From IMG/VR virus record IMGVR_UViG_3300009103_000041, positions 1 through 56,198 of that record: a stretch of DNA of 56,198 nt, one strand, 5' to 3'. Made by a program: the position numbers and the translations under genes. The notes below the pieces were generated by a model. It made no database searches and was not told the DNA's origin. It saw nothing but the letters and a program-made list of their open reading frames with translations. Source of the stretch: a virus (Duplodnaviria; Caudoviricetes). Positions 8,347-17,470 of this stretch are shown here, in pieces; positions within the stretch are counted from its first letter, which is position 1, and each line of letters begins with the position of its first letter.

Positions 8347-8491
8347 TGTTACGTCTTCCCATAATCTCAGGCACTTTATAAGGTTGCAATTTCATTTTTT
8401 CTAATTTTTGAGCTGTTACTTTGGGTGGTACTACTGTAATCTTTCCACCTTTATCTAAAAAATCTTGAACTTGTTTAGAATACTTTGGCAT
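8330..8491 (-). CDS. 53-aa protein with SutA-like RNAP-binding motif
   Basis: Not in the ORF track; MPKYSKQVQDFLDKGGKITVVPP...; SD AGGAG; TAATG overlap. Confidence 0.6.
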   Translation of the reverse strand: MPKYSKQVQDFLDKGGKITVVPPKVTAQKLEKMKLQPYKVPEIMGRRNNVEKD

Positions 8492-8742
8492 TAAATGCTA
8501 TCTCCTATTGTTACAGGATTATCTGGTGTTCCTTTACCTGCATGCTTTTTAATTTCTCTCATCCTATCTTTAAATCCTTCATCAGTTTTTAAACGCTGTT
8601 CACCAGTACCAGAAATTATTTGAGGTGCACTAACTTGTATAGTGCAATCATTCTCCTTTACATAGTCGTCAAGCTCGGCTATCTTCATAAATTTATCCCA
8701 TTCAGCACCAGTTGTTTTATTTTTGAATCTGTAAGTTGGCAT
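8491..8742 (-). CDS. FmdB-like small regulatory protein (Cys-less variant)
   Basis: MPTYRF start and GFKDRMREIKK typical of the T4-like family. Confidence 0.65.
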   Translation of the reverse strand: MPTYRFKNKTTGAEWDKFMKIAELDDYVKENDCTIQVSAPQIISGTGEQRLKTDEGFKDRMREIKKHAGKGTPDNPVTIGDSI

Positions 8743-8881
8743 CTCTATTCCTTATAACTATTCCTTTCCACCATCTAACTAACCACATAACTTTATGTGG
8801 GTGATGGTCTGGATTTGGTAATTCATTTTTAAAGTATTCCATGAATTCTTTAAGTTCTTCGTCACTATCAAAATATCTCAA
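8717..8881 (-). CDS. 54-aa hypothetical protein (LPNPDHHP motif)
   Basis: Not in the ORF track; TTG start overlapping the rnh stop, SD GGGGAG. Confidence 0.55.
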   Translation of the reverse strand: MRYFDSDEELKEFMEYFKNELPNPDHHPHKVMWLVRWWKGIVIRNRDANLQIQK

Positions 8882-9735
8882 AACTCCCCTGCATTTTCAA
8901 TTAATAATTTCATATTATTCTCTATTAAATAAGTTAAGATATTACTACGTTTTGGATATTTATAATTTTCATATTGATTAATAGCATTCTCTTTAATATA
9001 CGAAGGGGTTCTATCTAGGTCAATCATTTCTCTATTACGAATATAATTTCTAAATACTTCTGGTGGCATAACCTCTTTAAGCTTATCACGATTGTTCCAC
9101 CATTCTTCTATTTTCTTTTTAGTCATGGGACTTTGCCTAATCTTATCAACTAAGCAAGTGTCAGAAGATAACACGTTTGGAACACCGTCACCACTATCAC
9201 CTTTTAAGAGATGTTCAAATAAATACCTTATTGGATTAGGGTCCTTTACCATCTTATTAAACATAGGTGACCATTGAATCACATTACCATGTTTTTGTAA
9301 TTGAATAAAATCTTTGTCTGCTGATATAATAACTACATCCTCACCAATAAGAGGTATGGATTTATGTACAGTTAAAGCTCCAATGATATCATCAGCCTCA
9401 GCTCCAAATACATTGATAACAGCATAAGGAAAATTATTACTAATATCATCTAATGTTGAATCAATTAAGTCAAATATTTTTGGCCAATCATGCTTATCTG
9501 TTTCTCGGGTGGAAGTCCTATTTGCTTTATATGGTGGGAATGTATCTTTACGCCAAGACCTCTCATCAGTACATATTACTATTTTGCCATACTTACCTTC
9601 AGAATATTTTTTCCTATATAACCTAAGGTTATTCAAAATAATATGTTTAACTAAATTTTCAGAGAGTCCTTCACCTCTATTTAAAGAACCCATTATACTA
9701 CCAATTGCTAAACCATTAAAATCTACTAATACCAT
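8878..9735 (-). CDS. rnh: RNase H / 5'-3' exonuclease (T4 rnh)
   Basis: LVDFN, SWRK..FPPYKANR, EADDIIG, SADKDFIQL, KGDSGDGVPN. Confidence 0.95.
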   Translation of the reverse strand: MVLVDFNGLAIGSIMGSLNRGEGLSENLVKHIILNNLRLYRKKYSEGKYGKIVICTDERSWRKDTFPPYKANRTSTRETDKHDWPKIFDLIDSTLDDISNNFPYAVINVFGAEADDIIGALTVHKSIPLIGEDVVIISADKDFIQLQKHGNVIQWSPMFNKMVKDPNPIRYLFEHLLKGDSGDGVPNVLSSDTCLVDKIRQSPMTKKKIEEWWNNRDKLKEVMPPEVFRNYIRNREMIDLDRTPSYIKENAINQYENYKYPKRSNILTYLIENNMKLLIENAGEF

Positions 9736-9742
9736 AATCTAT

Positions 9743-9771
9743 ATTATATCATAGTTTACTGCTTTTGTACA
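9743..9771 (-). promoter_or_regulatory. Early promoter (class A), leaderless for rnh
   Basis: TGTACA-N17-TATAAT; ATG 7 nt downstream of the -10. Confidence 0.7.
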
Positions 9772-10214
9772 TAGTCTTCTGATAAATTTTTCACTGAACC
9801 ATATCCAATCTTAATAGCTATAATACCATTATAATTTTGTGGATTCAATAGAACATCCTCATCAAATTGTATTTTAGCTTCCATATAATTTGTCTCACCA
9901 CGTGTTTTGCATAAACAAATAATCTCACGTTTAAAATTTTCTTTGCCTAAGCCTTCTATATCCTCAGTGAGTCTCTTACTTGAACCCCAATAATCCTGCC
10001 AATCGGTCTCTTTAGCCTTATGCCTTTTATTTTTTCTACCTACGAGGGGTTTAAGCTTTCGTATTGTCCTGAAATACTTACGTCCGATGTAGTCATATCC
10101 GGTGACCAAGTTGGTAATGCGATACACAAAACCATAAAAGTCAGCAATATCAGCAGAAGTAAATTGTCGTTCATTATACGTCCAACTGGGGTCCGTCATA
10201 TTCTTCTGCATCAA
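9756..10214 (-). CDS. GIY-YIG endonuclease (Seg-like)
   Basis: GFVY...YIGRK, YWGSS, FKREI, YN motifs. Confidence 0.85.
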   Translation of the reverse strand: MMQKNMTDPSWTYNERQFTSADIADFYGFVYRITNLVTGYDYIGRKYFRTIRKLKPLVGRKNKRHKAKETDWQDYWGSSKRLTEDIEGLGKENFKREIICLCKTRGETNYMEAKIQFDEDVLLNPQNYNGIIAIKIGYGSVKNLSEDYVQKQ

Positions 10215-10362
10215 AGCCTCCTCTTTGCGCCCATTCTATATTTGCTCCACAAAATGGACAGTGAGTAGCTGGTGTATCCAACTCAATTGACTCAGTAGCA
10301 AATCCCATCTCATCCTTAACCATAACCTCAAAGGGTTGGCTATTACAATCATTACATATCAT
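10174..10362 (-). CDS. Zinc-ribbon protein
   Basis: CNDC...CPFCG. Confidence 0.7.
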   Translation of the reverse strand: MICNDCNSQPFEVMVKDEMGFATESIELDTPATHCPFCGANIEWAQRGGFDAEEYDGPQLDV

Positions 10363-10601
10363 AATCTTAATTCTCCTAATTGCATATGTGTCATTAACAT
10401 ATCATGACCACCTATATATTTTCCATCAATATATATCTGAGGAAATGTTCTGGCGTTTGGAACCGCTTTAAAAAAATCTTCTGGTGTCCAATTAGGTCCT
10501 TCAATATTTCTTTCCTCATAACTAATTTTTTTACTATCTAATAATGCCTTTGCTTTGGTACAAAGACTACAATTATTTTTACTCCATACTACTGCTCTCA
10601 T
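10359..10601 (-). CDS. nrdC: Glutaredoxin (NrdC-like)
   Basis: CSLC active site, TFPQI, IGG; directly after nrdB. Confidence 0.9.
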   Translation of the reverse strand: MRAVVWSKNNCSLCTKAKALLDSKKISYEERNIEGPNWTPEDFFKAVPNARTFPQIYIDGKYIGGHDMLMTHMQLGELRL

Positions 10602-11674
10602 AAGCTTAATCCCTCAAATGATTTTCTATTAACATCTTGTTTGACACCTCCGACAACATAAGATGTGATTTCTGTTTCTTGTGGTGCCACTTGGACAGCC
10701 CCACCACTTATCCATTTTTCAGTCCATGGAAGTGGGTTATGCATATGCACTGAGAATGGTACATGGTAATTAAGACTTTTAATTCTCTTTGCACCAATCC
10801 AACGCACATACTCTTTCAAAAGCTCAGTGTTTAAGCCAATCATTGAGCCATTACCAAATAGGTAATCACACCACTCCTCTTCTTGTATTAATGCATCTTC
10901 AAATAAATTCATTACTTGGTCATGTGTTTCTTCTTTAATTTTTTCAAAATCCTTATCATCTTTAATTAATTGTCTAATTATATTAAGTGATGCAGCTAAA
11001 TGCAAGTTCTCATCCCTTGCAATTAATTTAATTATTTTTGCGTTACCTTCCATTTGTTTTAACTCAGCAAATGCCCATGAACATGCAAAGCTTACATAAA
11101 ACCGTATTCCTTCTAATATGTATATAGAAATCATACAAAGGTATAATAATTTTTTATGTTTATAAGACCCAGTAGGTCCTTTATAATTAATTAGGTTATC
11201 ATAGTGTTCAGATATATCTTTGCCACAATCTAAAATTTCTGGTATAGACTTTATATCATCAAATACTTTAGATGGATTTGGATAAACATTTCTGATTAAA
11301 TGTGTGTATGAGCGAGAGTGAATGGTCTCAAAGAATGCCCAGGTCTCTATTAATAACTCTAGTTCTGGGTTACTCGCTATGGGTAATAATGCTAGGTCCG
11401 GTGACCTGCCCTGTACTGAATCTAAGAGTATTTGTCTTTTAAGGTTTGCTGTAAATATATGTTGTTCATTCTTTGTTAACTTACCAAAATCAATCTTATC
11501 CTTTGTGACATCTATCTCATCGGGTGTCCAATAAAAAGATAGCATCTTCTCATATAACTTTTGTAAGGCTGGGTATTTAACCACATCATATCTTGCTATG
11601 TCCACGCCCTCATCAAAAAATAATGTTTTATCTAAATGGTTTTTGGTGTTTATTTCAAATACTGATTTTTTCAT
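10598..11674 (-). CDS. nrdB: Ribonucleotide reductase class Ia beta subunit
   Basis: WTPDE, DSVQG, ETIHSRSY (radical Tyr), EGIRFY, DENLH, VAPQE. Confidence 0.97.
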   Translation of the reverse strand: MKKSVFEINTKNHLDKTLFFDEGVDIARYDVVKYPALQKLYEKMLSFYWTPDEIDVTKDKIDFGKLTKNEQHIFTANLKRQILLDSVQGRSPDLALLPIASNPELELLIETWAFFETIHSRSYTHLIRNVYPNPSKVFDDIKSIPEILDCGKDISEHYDNLINYKGPTGSYKHKKLLYLCMISIYILEGIRFYVSFACSWAFAELKQMEGNAKIIKLIARDENLHLAASLNIIRQLIKDDKDFEKIKEETHDQVMNLFEDALIQEEEWCDYLFGNGSMIGLNTELLKEYVRWIGAKRIKSLNYHVPFSVHMHNPLPWTEKWISGGAVQVAPQETEITSYVVGGVKQDVNRKSFEGLSL

Positions 11675-11680
11675 TTTTCA

Positions 11681-11992
11681 TCATACTGTAAAACTTTCTC
11701 CACAACCGCACCTTGCCCTTTCCTTTGGATTATAGAATTCAAAGCCTTCATTAAGACCTTTTTTCTTATGGTCTATTTCTGCGCCTTCTACATATACTTG
11801 GCTTTTTCTATCAATAACAATAGGAATACCTCTAACCTTAAAGACATCATCTTGGTCAGTTTCCATTATATTATATTCTAAGTGGTATGCCATACCTGAG
11901 CAACCAGTGCCTTTAACTAAAACTCTAAGCTGCATATTACCTGTGATTAAGGTATTTAATTTTTCAACAGCATTGTCGGTTAGGGTAATCAT
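11681..11992 (-). CDS. iscA: A-type Fe-S carrier (IscA/HesB)
   Basis: GCSGMAY and CGCGESF. Confidence 0.93.
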   Translation of the reverse strand: MITLTDNAVEKLNTLITGNMQLRVLVKGTGCSGMAYHLEYNIMETDQDDVFKVRGIPIVIDRKSQVYVEGAEIDHKKKGLNEGFEFYNPKERARCGCGESFTV

Positions 11993-12006
11993 AATGGTAT
12001 GTATAT

Positions 12007-12292
12007 AAAAAAAAGGACCGGAGTATTGGGTAATAAGGAACCCCGGAGGAAACCCCAGCTAGCTATTAAGCAGCTAGCAAGTAATCGTGTTTGCCGATTA
12101 AATTTTTCATTTTTAAGCCTTTGTTGGCTGACGAGTCTTGGGCGTTTATGCTAACTAGTCGATGCTTTGTCTCCCCCATCAAATATATTCTTTATTTAAT
12201 ATATTTGACATACTACCAAAAATATATTTGGTGGAGGAGGTGGGAGTTGCACCCACGTCCTAATTGCCTCTACCCTTACCTTTACGTCGTTA
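12007..12292 (-). ncRNA. ssrA: Circularly permuted (two-piece) tmRNA
   Basis: Acceptor piece ends ...GTGGG-TGCAACT-CCCAC-CTCCTCC-A-CCA at 12229; 51-nt spacer; coding piece starts GGGGGAG-ACAAAGCATCGAC at 12177 (G3.U70 pair); tag GKHDYLLAA-TAA-TAG at 12095-12063; hairpin plus U8 at the end. 5' boundary approximate. Confidence 0.9.
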
Positions 12293-12315
12293 TTCACTTC
12301 ATTTTTGAATGAATG

Positions 12316-12543
12316 TTATGCATCATCATGTGAGAGTAATTTCCACAAAATTCCTGCGGCAATTAATCCAACTAAACCTGCGTCACCAAGCTGAGCTACG
12401 ATACCAATGATTGTACCAATGACGTCTCCGCCAAGGAAAGGTACGCTTCCACCAAAAACGATTTGCAAAACAATCGCTAAGCTTATTAGTGAAACACCAA
12501 TACCTGTTGCAGCGGCTACGCCGCTTGTGATTTTATCTAACAT
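12316..12543 (-). CDS. Small Gly-rich membrane protein
   Basis: 75 aa, two or three hydrophobic helices, SD AGGAG. Confidence 0.75.
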   Translation of the reverse strand: MLDKITSGVAAATGIGVSLISLAIVLQIVFGGSVPFLGGDVIGTIIGIVAQLGDAGLVGLIAAGILWKLLSHDDA

Positions 12544-12579
12544 ATATTCTCCTATGTCGTTGTTGTAAATAGTTTAGCC

Positions 12580-12726
12580 TTATTTCGAAGGTATATCTTC
12601 CTTAAAATTATTATTTAACTTATCATTTGCTTTAAGGAATAGTGGGAATAAAGTATTTGATAACACCCCAATAATTGCTAGTGTTAATATAAATCCTATT
12701 CCCGCACTTTGAAAAAATTCTGTCAT
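12580..12726 (-). CDS. 48-aa single-TM peptide
   Basis: Not in the ORF track; MTEFFQSAGIGFILTLAIIGVLSNTLFPLFLK...; follows a promoter. Confidence 0.45.
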   Translation of the reverse strand: MTEFFQSAGIGFILTLAIIGVLSNTLFPLFLKANDKLNNNFKEDIPSK

Positions 12727-12762
12727 AATTATATATAGCTTTTTTTATTTCAATATGAGTAT

Positions 12763-12792
12763 ATTATAACATATTTTTATATAAAAGTAAAC
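12763..12792 (-). promoter_or_regulatory. Early promoter (class A) for the membrane-peptide/tmRNA unit
   Basis: GTTTAC-N18-TATAAT with TG extension. Confidence 0.75.
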
Positions 12793-12809
12793 AGTTTTTT
12801 TGATATTTT

Positions 12810-15104
12810 TTATAAAGAACAGCTTTCACAGTACTCTTCATAGTCCTTTTGACTATCAAAGTCCTCTCTAGATAGGGTTGATTCATCCTCAGTGGTTAAA
12901 TCATTTGTATTAAAATAATATAATTGTTTACCACCATACTTATAAAATGTAATTAAATCCTTAAGCATTATAGACAATGGGATTTTATTATCTTCATATT
13001 GAGCTGGATTATAACTGGTATTAACAGATATTCCTTGGTCAACATACTTTTGAATTATAGCCATAATTTTAAGATAGCCCTCTGGTCCTTGTTGGTCCCA
13101 CAATAAATCATATTTATTTTTAAGGTTATACATATTAGGTACTACTTGAGGCATTACACCATCTTTAGATTGCTTATAAGATACAAGAGCCCTTGGTGGT
13201 TCTATACCATTGGTTGAATTACTTATCTGAGCTGAGGTTTCAGCCGGCATAACGGCCATTAAAGTTGAGTTTCTAATACCTTTTTTCTTAAGCTGTTCCC
13301 TTAATGCCTTCCAAGGCATCCTTTGTTTTGGTTTGACTAACTCATCCACCTCTTTTTTATAGGTGTCTATAGGTAAGATTCCGTGTCCGTACTTGGTCTC
13401 CATGTTCTTATAGCAACATCCTTGCTCTTTAGCCAAATCTGCAGAGGCTTTAATTAGATAATATGACCACGCTTCTGCATATTCATCAACGGTTTTTAAG
13501 GCCTCGTCATTATATTTAAGACCTCTTTTAGCTAAGAAATATGCAAGGTTAATTATACCAACACCCAAAGGTCTCCTATTCATTGTTGACCGCTGTGCCG
13601 CAATAATAGGATAGTTCTGATAATCCAATAAAGAATCTAAGGCACGTACTGCTAATTCACAGTAATGTTTAAATTGAGATGGTTCATTTATTAATCCCCA
13701 GTTAATTGCAGATAATGTACATAAAGATATCTCACCTTTATCAGTATCATCATAAGCTTCTAATCCATAACTTGGTAAATCTATTTCACAACATAAATTA
13801 CTTTGGTGAATAGGTGCTTGTTGTTCTATAAATGCACCATGTGTATTTGCATGGTCAACATTTTGTAAGTATATCCGACCAGTCTCTTTGCGTTCTGTAA
13901 GAAATTGTGAGAATACTTCTAAAGCTGGTAAAGATTTTTTCCTAATTGAATATGCCCTTTCATACTTCTCATATAATTCTTGGAACTTATCTTGGTCCTC
14001 AAAAAATGCATCATATAATCCTGGGACATCGTCTGGACTAAAGAATGTTATCTTACCACCAGTTAATAATCTCTCATACATAAGCTTATTAAATTGGAAT
14101 GCATAGTCCATATTACGTACACGGGTTTCTTCAGTACCTCTATTATTTTTAAGGACTACTAAGTCCTCAAATTCATAATGCCATACTGGTAGATATACAG
14201 TTGCTGCTCCACCTCGTACTCCACCTTGACTACAACTTTTAACTGCACTTTGAAAATATTTAAGGAATGGAATTAATCCAGTATGTACAACAGAGCCATC
14301 ACCAATGTGACTACCCACCGCTCTAATCTTTCCAGCATTAATTCCTAAGCCGGCTTTCTTACTAATATATTTAACAATGGATGTTGATGTTGCATTAATT
14401 GAGTTTAAAGAATCATTAGATTCTAATACTACGCATGAGGAAAATTGTCTTGTTGGAGTTCTACAACCAGCCATGATTGGTGTTGGAAGAGAGATATAAA
14501 ATTGACTAATAGCATTATAAAATTCTCTTATAAACTTCATACGTCTTCCATTATATCTAGCAAATAATGTCATAGCAATCATAATATATAATATCTGAGG
14601 TGTTTCGTATAGTGTGCCATCCGTTCGGTTTTGAACTAAATACTTTGATTGCATTTGCTCCATACCAGCATATGTGAATTCATCATCTCTGTTATGGTTA
14701 ATAATATGGCTATTAATATAATCTATTTCAGCCTCTGAATATTTATTTAATATTTCTGGGTCATATACACCAGCATCAATATTATGATTTATAATATCAA
14801 TAAGAGGCCAAGGGTCTTTGTCACCATATACTATTTTTTTAAGCTTATAATTAATAAGCCTTGCCGCTACAAATTGGTAGTTAGGTGTATTTTCAGTTAT
14901 GAGTTCGGCTGTGGATTTGATAAGAAGGTCATGGATTTTAATAGTTTCCATGTGTTCATATAGTTGAACATTAGCCCTAAGTTCTATTTCAGAAACAGAG
15001 ACACCAACTAAATCATCACAAGCCCATTCAAGAACGCGGTGGATTTTATTAATATTAAATGGCTCAGTTTCACCACTGCGCTTGGTTACAAAAATTGACG
15101 TCAT
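12810..15104 (-). CDS. nrdA: Ribonucleotide reductase class Ia alpha subunit
   Basis: ATP cone (VTKRSG), SSC, SNLCCEI, CTL, MPAETS, C-terminal CESC; no intron or intein evident. Confidence 0.98.
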   Translation of the reverse strand: MTSIFVTKRSGETEPFNINKIHRVLEWACDDLVGVSVSEIELRANVQLYEHMETIKIHDLLIKSTAELITENTPNYQFVAARLINYKLKKIVYGDKDPWPLIDIINHNIDAGVYDPEILNKYSEAEIDYINSHIINHNRDDEFTYAGMEQMQSKYLVQNRTDGTLYETPQILYIMIAMTLFARYNGRRMKFIREFYNAISQFYISLPTPIMAGCRTPTRQFSSCVVLESNDSLNSINATSTSIVKYISKKAGLGINAGKIRAVGSHIGDGSVVHTGLIPFLKYFQSAVKSCSQGGVRGGAATVYLPVWHYEFEDLVVLKNNRGTEETRVRNMDYAFQFNKLMYERLLTGGKITFFSPDDVPGLYDAFFEDQDKFQELYEKYERAYSIRKKSLPALEVFSQFLTERKETGRIYLQNVDHANTHGAFIEQQAPIHQSNLCCEIDLPSYGLEAYDDTDKGEISLCTLSAINWGLINEPSQFKHYCELAVRALDSLLDYQNYPIIAAQRSTMNRRPLGVGIINLAYFLAKRGLKYNDEALKTVDEYAEAWSYYLIKASADLAKEQGCCYKNMETKYGHGILPIDTYKKEVDELVKPKQRMPWKALREQLKKKGIRNSTLMAVMPAETSAQISNSTNGIEPPRALVSYKQSKDGVMPQVVPNMYNLKNKYDLLWDQQGPEGYLKIMAIIQKYVDQGISVNTSYNPAQYEDNKIPLSIMLKDLITFYKYGGKQLYYFNTNDLTTEDESTLSREDFDSQKDYEEYCESCSL

Positions 15105-15124
15105 GTCACTCCAATTAAATTATG

Positions 15125-15655
15125 TTATAATATGTTGCCTGCAGATATATAAATATTTTCTCTTGTTTTATATATAGGAACACCCGCAAAGTAAGATACG
15201 GGTTCTATAGAATCTAAATTCACAATAGTTCCTTTGGTTCTTTCCAAAATATCATGATTTAGTATGTGTTGACCCGTATGAATATCTTTAACCTCTTCAT
15301 TAAGGTCAAGGGAAACGTCATAACCTAAGTCTTCCAATACTTTTAAAATATCTTCTTCAGCCATACCAGTTTCTTCTTTTAATAATAAAAGAGCAGCAGC
15401 ATAAGAAGCTATTTTAGATTTACCAAATGGTACTTTTTCAAGTATTCTTTTTATATTAAAGACTAACCTATGAAAAACAGTATAAGCTTTCTTTTGAGCA
15501 GAGCTTTGGTCTTTTACTGCTACTAACAACTTACCCTTACTATCAATCACGCCTTCGTCATAGGCCTCGGTTTTTTTCCAGGGAGTTACTAGTAGTTTAA
15601 TAAACTTATATGTTATGAATAAATCTACAGCACCTTCTTTTAAATATTCTTTCAT
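15125..15655 (-). CDS. Conserved T4-like late protein
   Basis: FIKLLVTPW, AYTVFHRLVFNIKRI, YAAALLLLKE; CTS-like N-terminus MKEYLKE. Confidence 0.7.
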   Translation of the reverse strand: MKEYLKEGAVDLFITYKFIKLLVTPWKKTEAYDEGVIDSKGKLLVAVKDQSSAQKKAYTVFHRLVFNIKRILEKVPFGKSKIASYAAALLLLKEETGMAEEDILKVLEDLGYDVSLDLNEEVKDIHTGQHILNHDILERTKGTIVNLDSIEPVSYFAGVPIYKTRENIYISAGNIL

Positions 15656-16008
15656 ATTTTCCTTAATACATCTATAATTGTGTCATCCAATGGTATTTCA
15701 ACATAACTATCTTCCGGTAAATAATTTAAATATACCAAGAAGGTTTTAACAATACTTTGTAAAGTATCATCTGTCTTAGACATTAATATCTCAGCACACA
15801 CATCTGGTCCCAAGACATTTCCTAAAATAATAATATGGTTAAGTATTAACCGTTCTTTTAATTCATCATCACGATAGTATCTATTGATTAAGCGATTAAT
15901 ATATTTAAATCTAGATATATCCTCTTTAAAATCTTCAGTTGTCGCCCATTTATCTCTTTGGTAATGCTTCGCAGCATATAACTCGAAGTTATTTTTACTT
16001 AATTCCAT
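15652..16008 (-). CDS. Conserved T4-like hypothetical protein
   Basis: YAAKHY, FKEDISRFKYI, RLILNHII. Confidence 0.75.
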   Translation of the reverse strand: MELSKNNFELYAAKHYQRDKWATTEDFKEDISRFKYINRLINRYYRDDELKERLILNHIIILGNVLGPDVCAEILMSKTDDTLQSIVKTFLVYLNYLPEDSYVEIPLDDTIIDVLRKI

Positions 16009-16022
16009 AATATTATTTATGT

Positions 16023-16307
16023 TTATTTTTTAACGAAGTCTTTTAATTGCTTCAATAAACTTTTTTTACTCTTACGCTTATCTAGTTCAATCCCAATAGT
16101 TCTACCATACTCTTCTAAGTCATCCTTTGAGGACCTATTGGAATATGATGCAGCTTCAGATTTTTTCTTCTTTGGTTTAACACCATTAAATTTATCTTGC
16201 TCTTCTTGAGTTAAAGCAGCCGCAACCAATCTTTCTCCGGTTGGACTAACAATACCTCCAGCATCTGCTATACCATTGGATAACCAACCAACTTTTTCTA
16301 GTGGCAT
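16023..16307 (-). CDS. Hypothetical protein with C-terminal HeH/Rho-N-like motif
   Basis: SKDDLEEYGRTIGIELDKRKSK. Confidence 0.6.
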   Translation of the reverse strand: MPLEKVGWLSNGIADAGGIVSPTGERLVAAALTQEEQDKFNGVKPKKKKSEAASYSNRSSKDDLEEYGRTIGIELDKRKSKKSLLKQLKDFVKK

Positions 16308-16316
16308 ATATTTCTC

Positions 16317-17138
16317 CTATGTAGTAATAATATCTGAAAGCCAGAAGTTTTTAAACCTTCCATCTCCTTTCAGTTTCACTTCAACGTGATTGCTTCCTAG
16401 TTTATTGATTGTACCTTTTTGTCCATCATTAGTTACTATGTCATCATTCACATTAAATAGTTTGCCAGCCGCATACTTCTCGCGAAGTTTTGAGACTGGA
16501 CTTAATTTTATATCTTGTCTATAAAATTTTGATTCCTTTATACCCATACCTTTTTGAACTGCTTTCATAAGTCCCTCGGCATCTTTAAATCTTTTTGGTA
16601 GACCACTAGTAAATGCAATTAAGTCATTGTCTGCAGCAGCCGCTCTCATCTTGGAGGCTGACATACCTTCAGCACCTTCAGCGTCTGGGTCTCTTTGACC
16701 AGCACTTATAACATCTATTACATCAAATTCATAAAATCCATGTCTAGCTTTTCTGCCATTAAAATCATCTAAAAGTTTAACAAATTCTTGGTGTCTATCA
16801 TCACCAACAACTAATTCAAATTCTGTATATCCATCTTTATATGCGGTAACTGCTACATCCCAAATTGTTTTAACTTTTTTATCCATAAGAATATGCCTAG
16901 CATGCACAGGGAATACCTTACGCATATATTTAATTTTGGTTTTCCATTCTAATGGATTCTTTTTAGCATCTTGTGATTGGGATGCATATACCCTATGGTC
17001 ACCAGTACCTTTTTTCATACTAACATCTAAGAGTTTTTCATGGCCAATAGTGGGAGGATTAAACCGGCCAAAGTTTACCGTGACCGTCTTTGCCTTGGCC
17101 TCTTTAATTAAATGTTCTTTAAAAGTTCTTAATGTCAT
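16317..17138 (-). CDS. HIGH-superfamily nucleotidyltransferase (cytidylyltransferase-like)
   Basis: FGRFNPPTIGH, VVGDDR, MSASKMR; C-terminal KOW-like domain. Confidence 0.85.
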   Translation of the reverse strand: MTLRTFKEHLIKEAKAKTVTVNFGRFNPPTIGHEKLLDVSMKKGTGDHRVYASQSQDAKKNPLEWKTKIKYMRKVFPVHARHILMDKKVKTIWDVAVTAYKDGYTEFELVVGDDRHQEFVKLLDDFNGRKARHGFYEFDVIDVISAGQRDPDAEGAEGMSASKMRAAAADNDLIAFTSGLPKRFKDAEGLMKAVQKGMGIKESKFYRQDIKLSPVSKLREKYAAGKLFNVNDDIVTNDGQKGTINKLGSNHVEVKLKGDGRFKNFWLSDIITT

Positions 17139-17470
17139 TAATCTGGGTGCTTTATTTTTGCAGCATCTTTTACTGCTAGGTCAAATAGGTCAAGTGCAGT
17201 TATCATTCTGTCATATATAGCCATATATAATCCAGAATTTCTACTCATACTTGGACCAACATCTGCATCCATTTGAAATATAAAATCTGCATGTTGTCTT
17301 AATTCAAATGCTGCTTTTTTAGTTCTTGCGACTTGCGTATACATTTGTTTTGGTGTCCAAAGGCCTTTAATAGGTCTTATCCTTTTAGCCTCATTAATAT
17401 CTGTATATGGTATGGGTCTATCACCCATTTGTTCTAATGCATGTTGGACATTTATTGGTTTTTCTTTCAT
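17138..17470 (-). CDS. Hypothetical protein
   Basis: Coupled ORF (ATGA/TAATG overlaps). Confidence 0.65.
   Translation of the reverse strand: MKEKPINVQHALEQMGDRPIPYTDINEAKRIRPIKGLWTPKQMYTQVARTKKAAFELRQHADFIFQMDADVGPSMSRNSGLYMAIYDRMITALDLFDLAVKDAAKIKHPD

Noticed and set aside
9756-10214. Intron-encoded or mobile homing element; introns or inteins in nrdA, nrdB or gp43
   Set aside because: The GIY-YIG gene is free-standing and short, and the core genes are uninterrupted and of normal length
12091-12312. 73-aa plus-strand ORF, and a plain tRNA-Ala reading of the CCA element
   Set aside because: The ORF is antisense to the tmRNA; there is no anticodon arm, the halves are permuted and a tag frame is present
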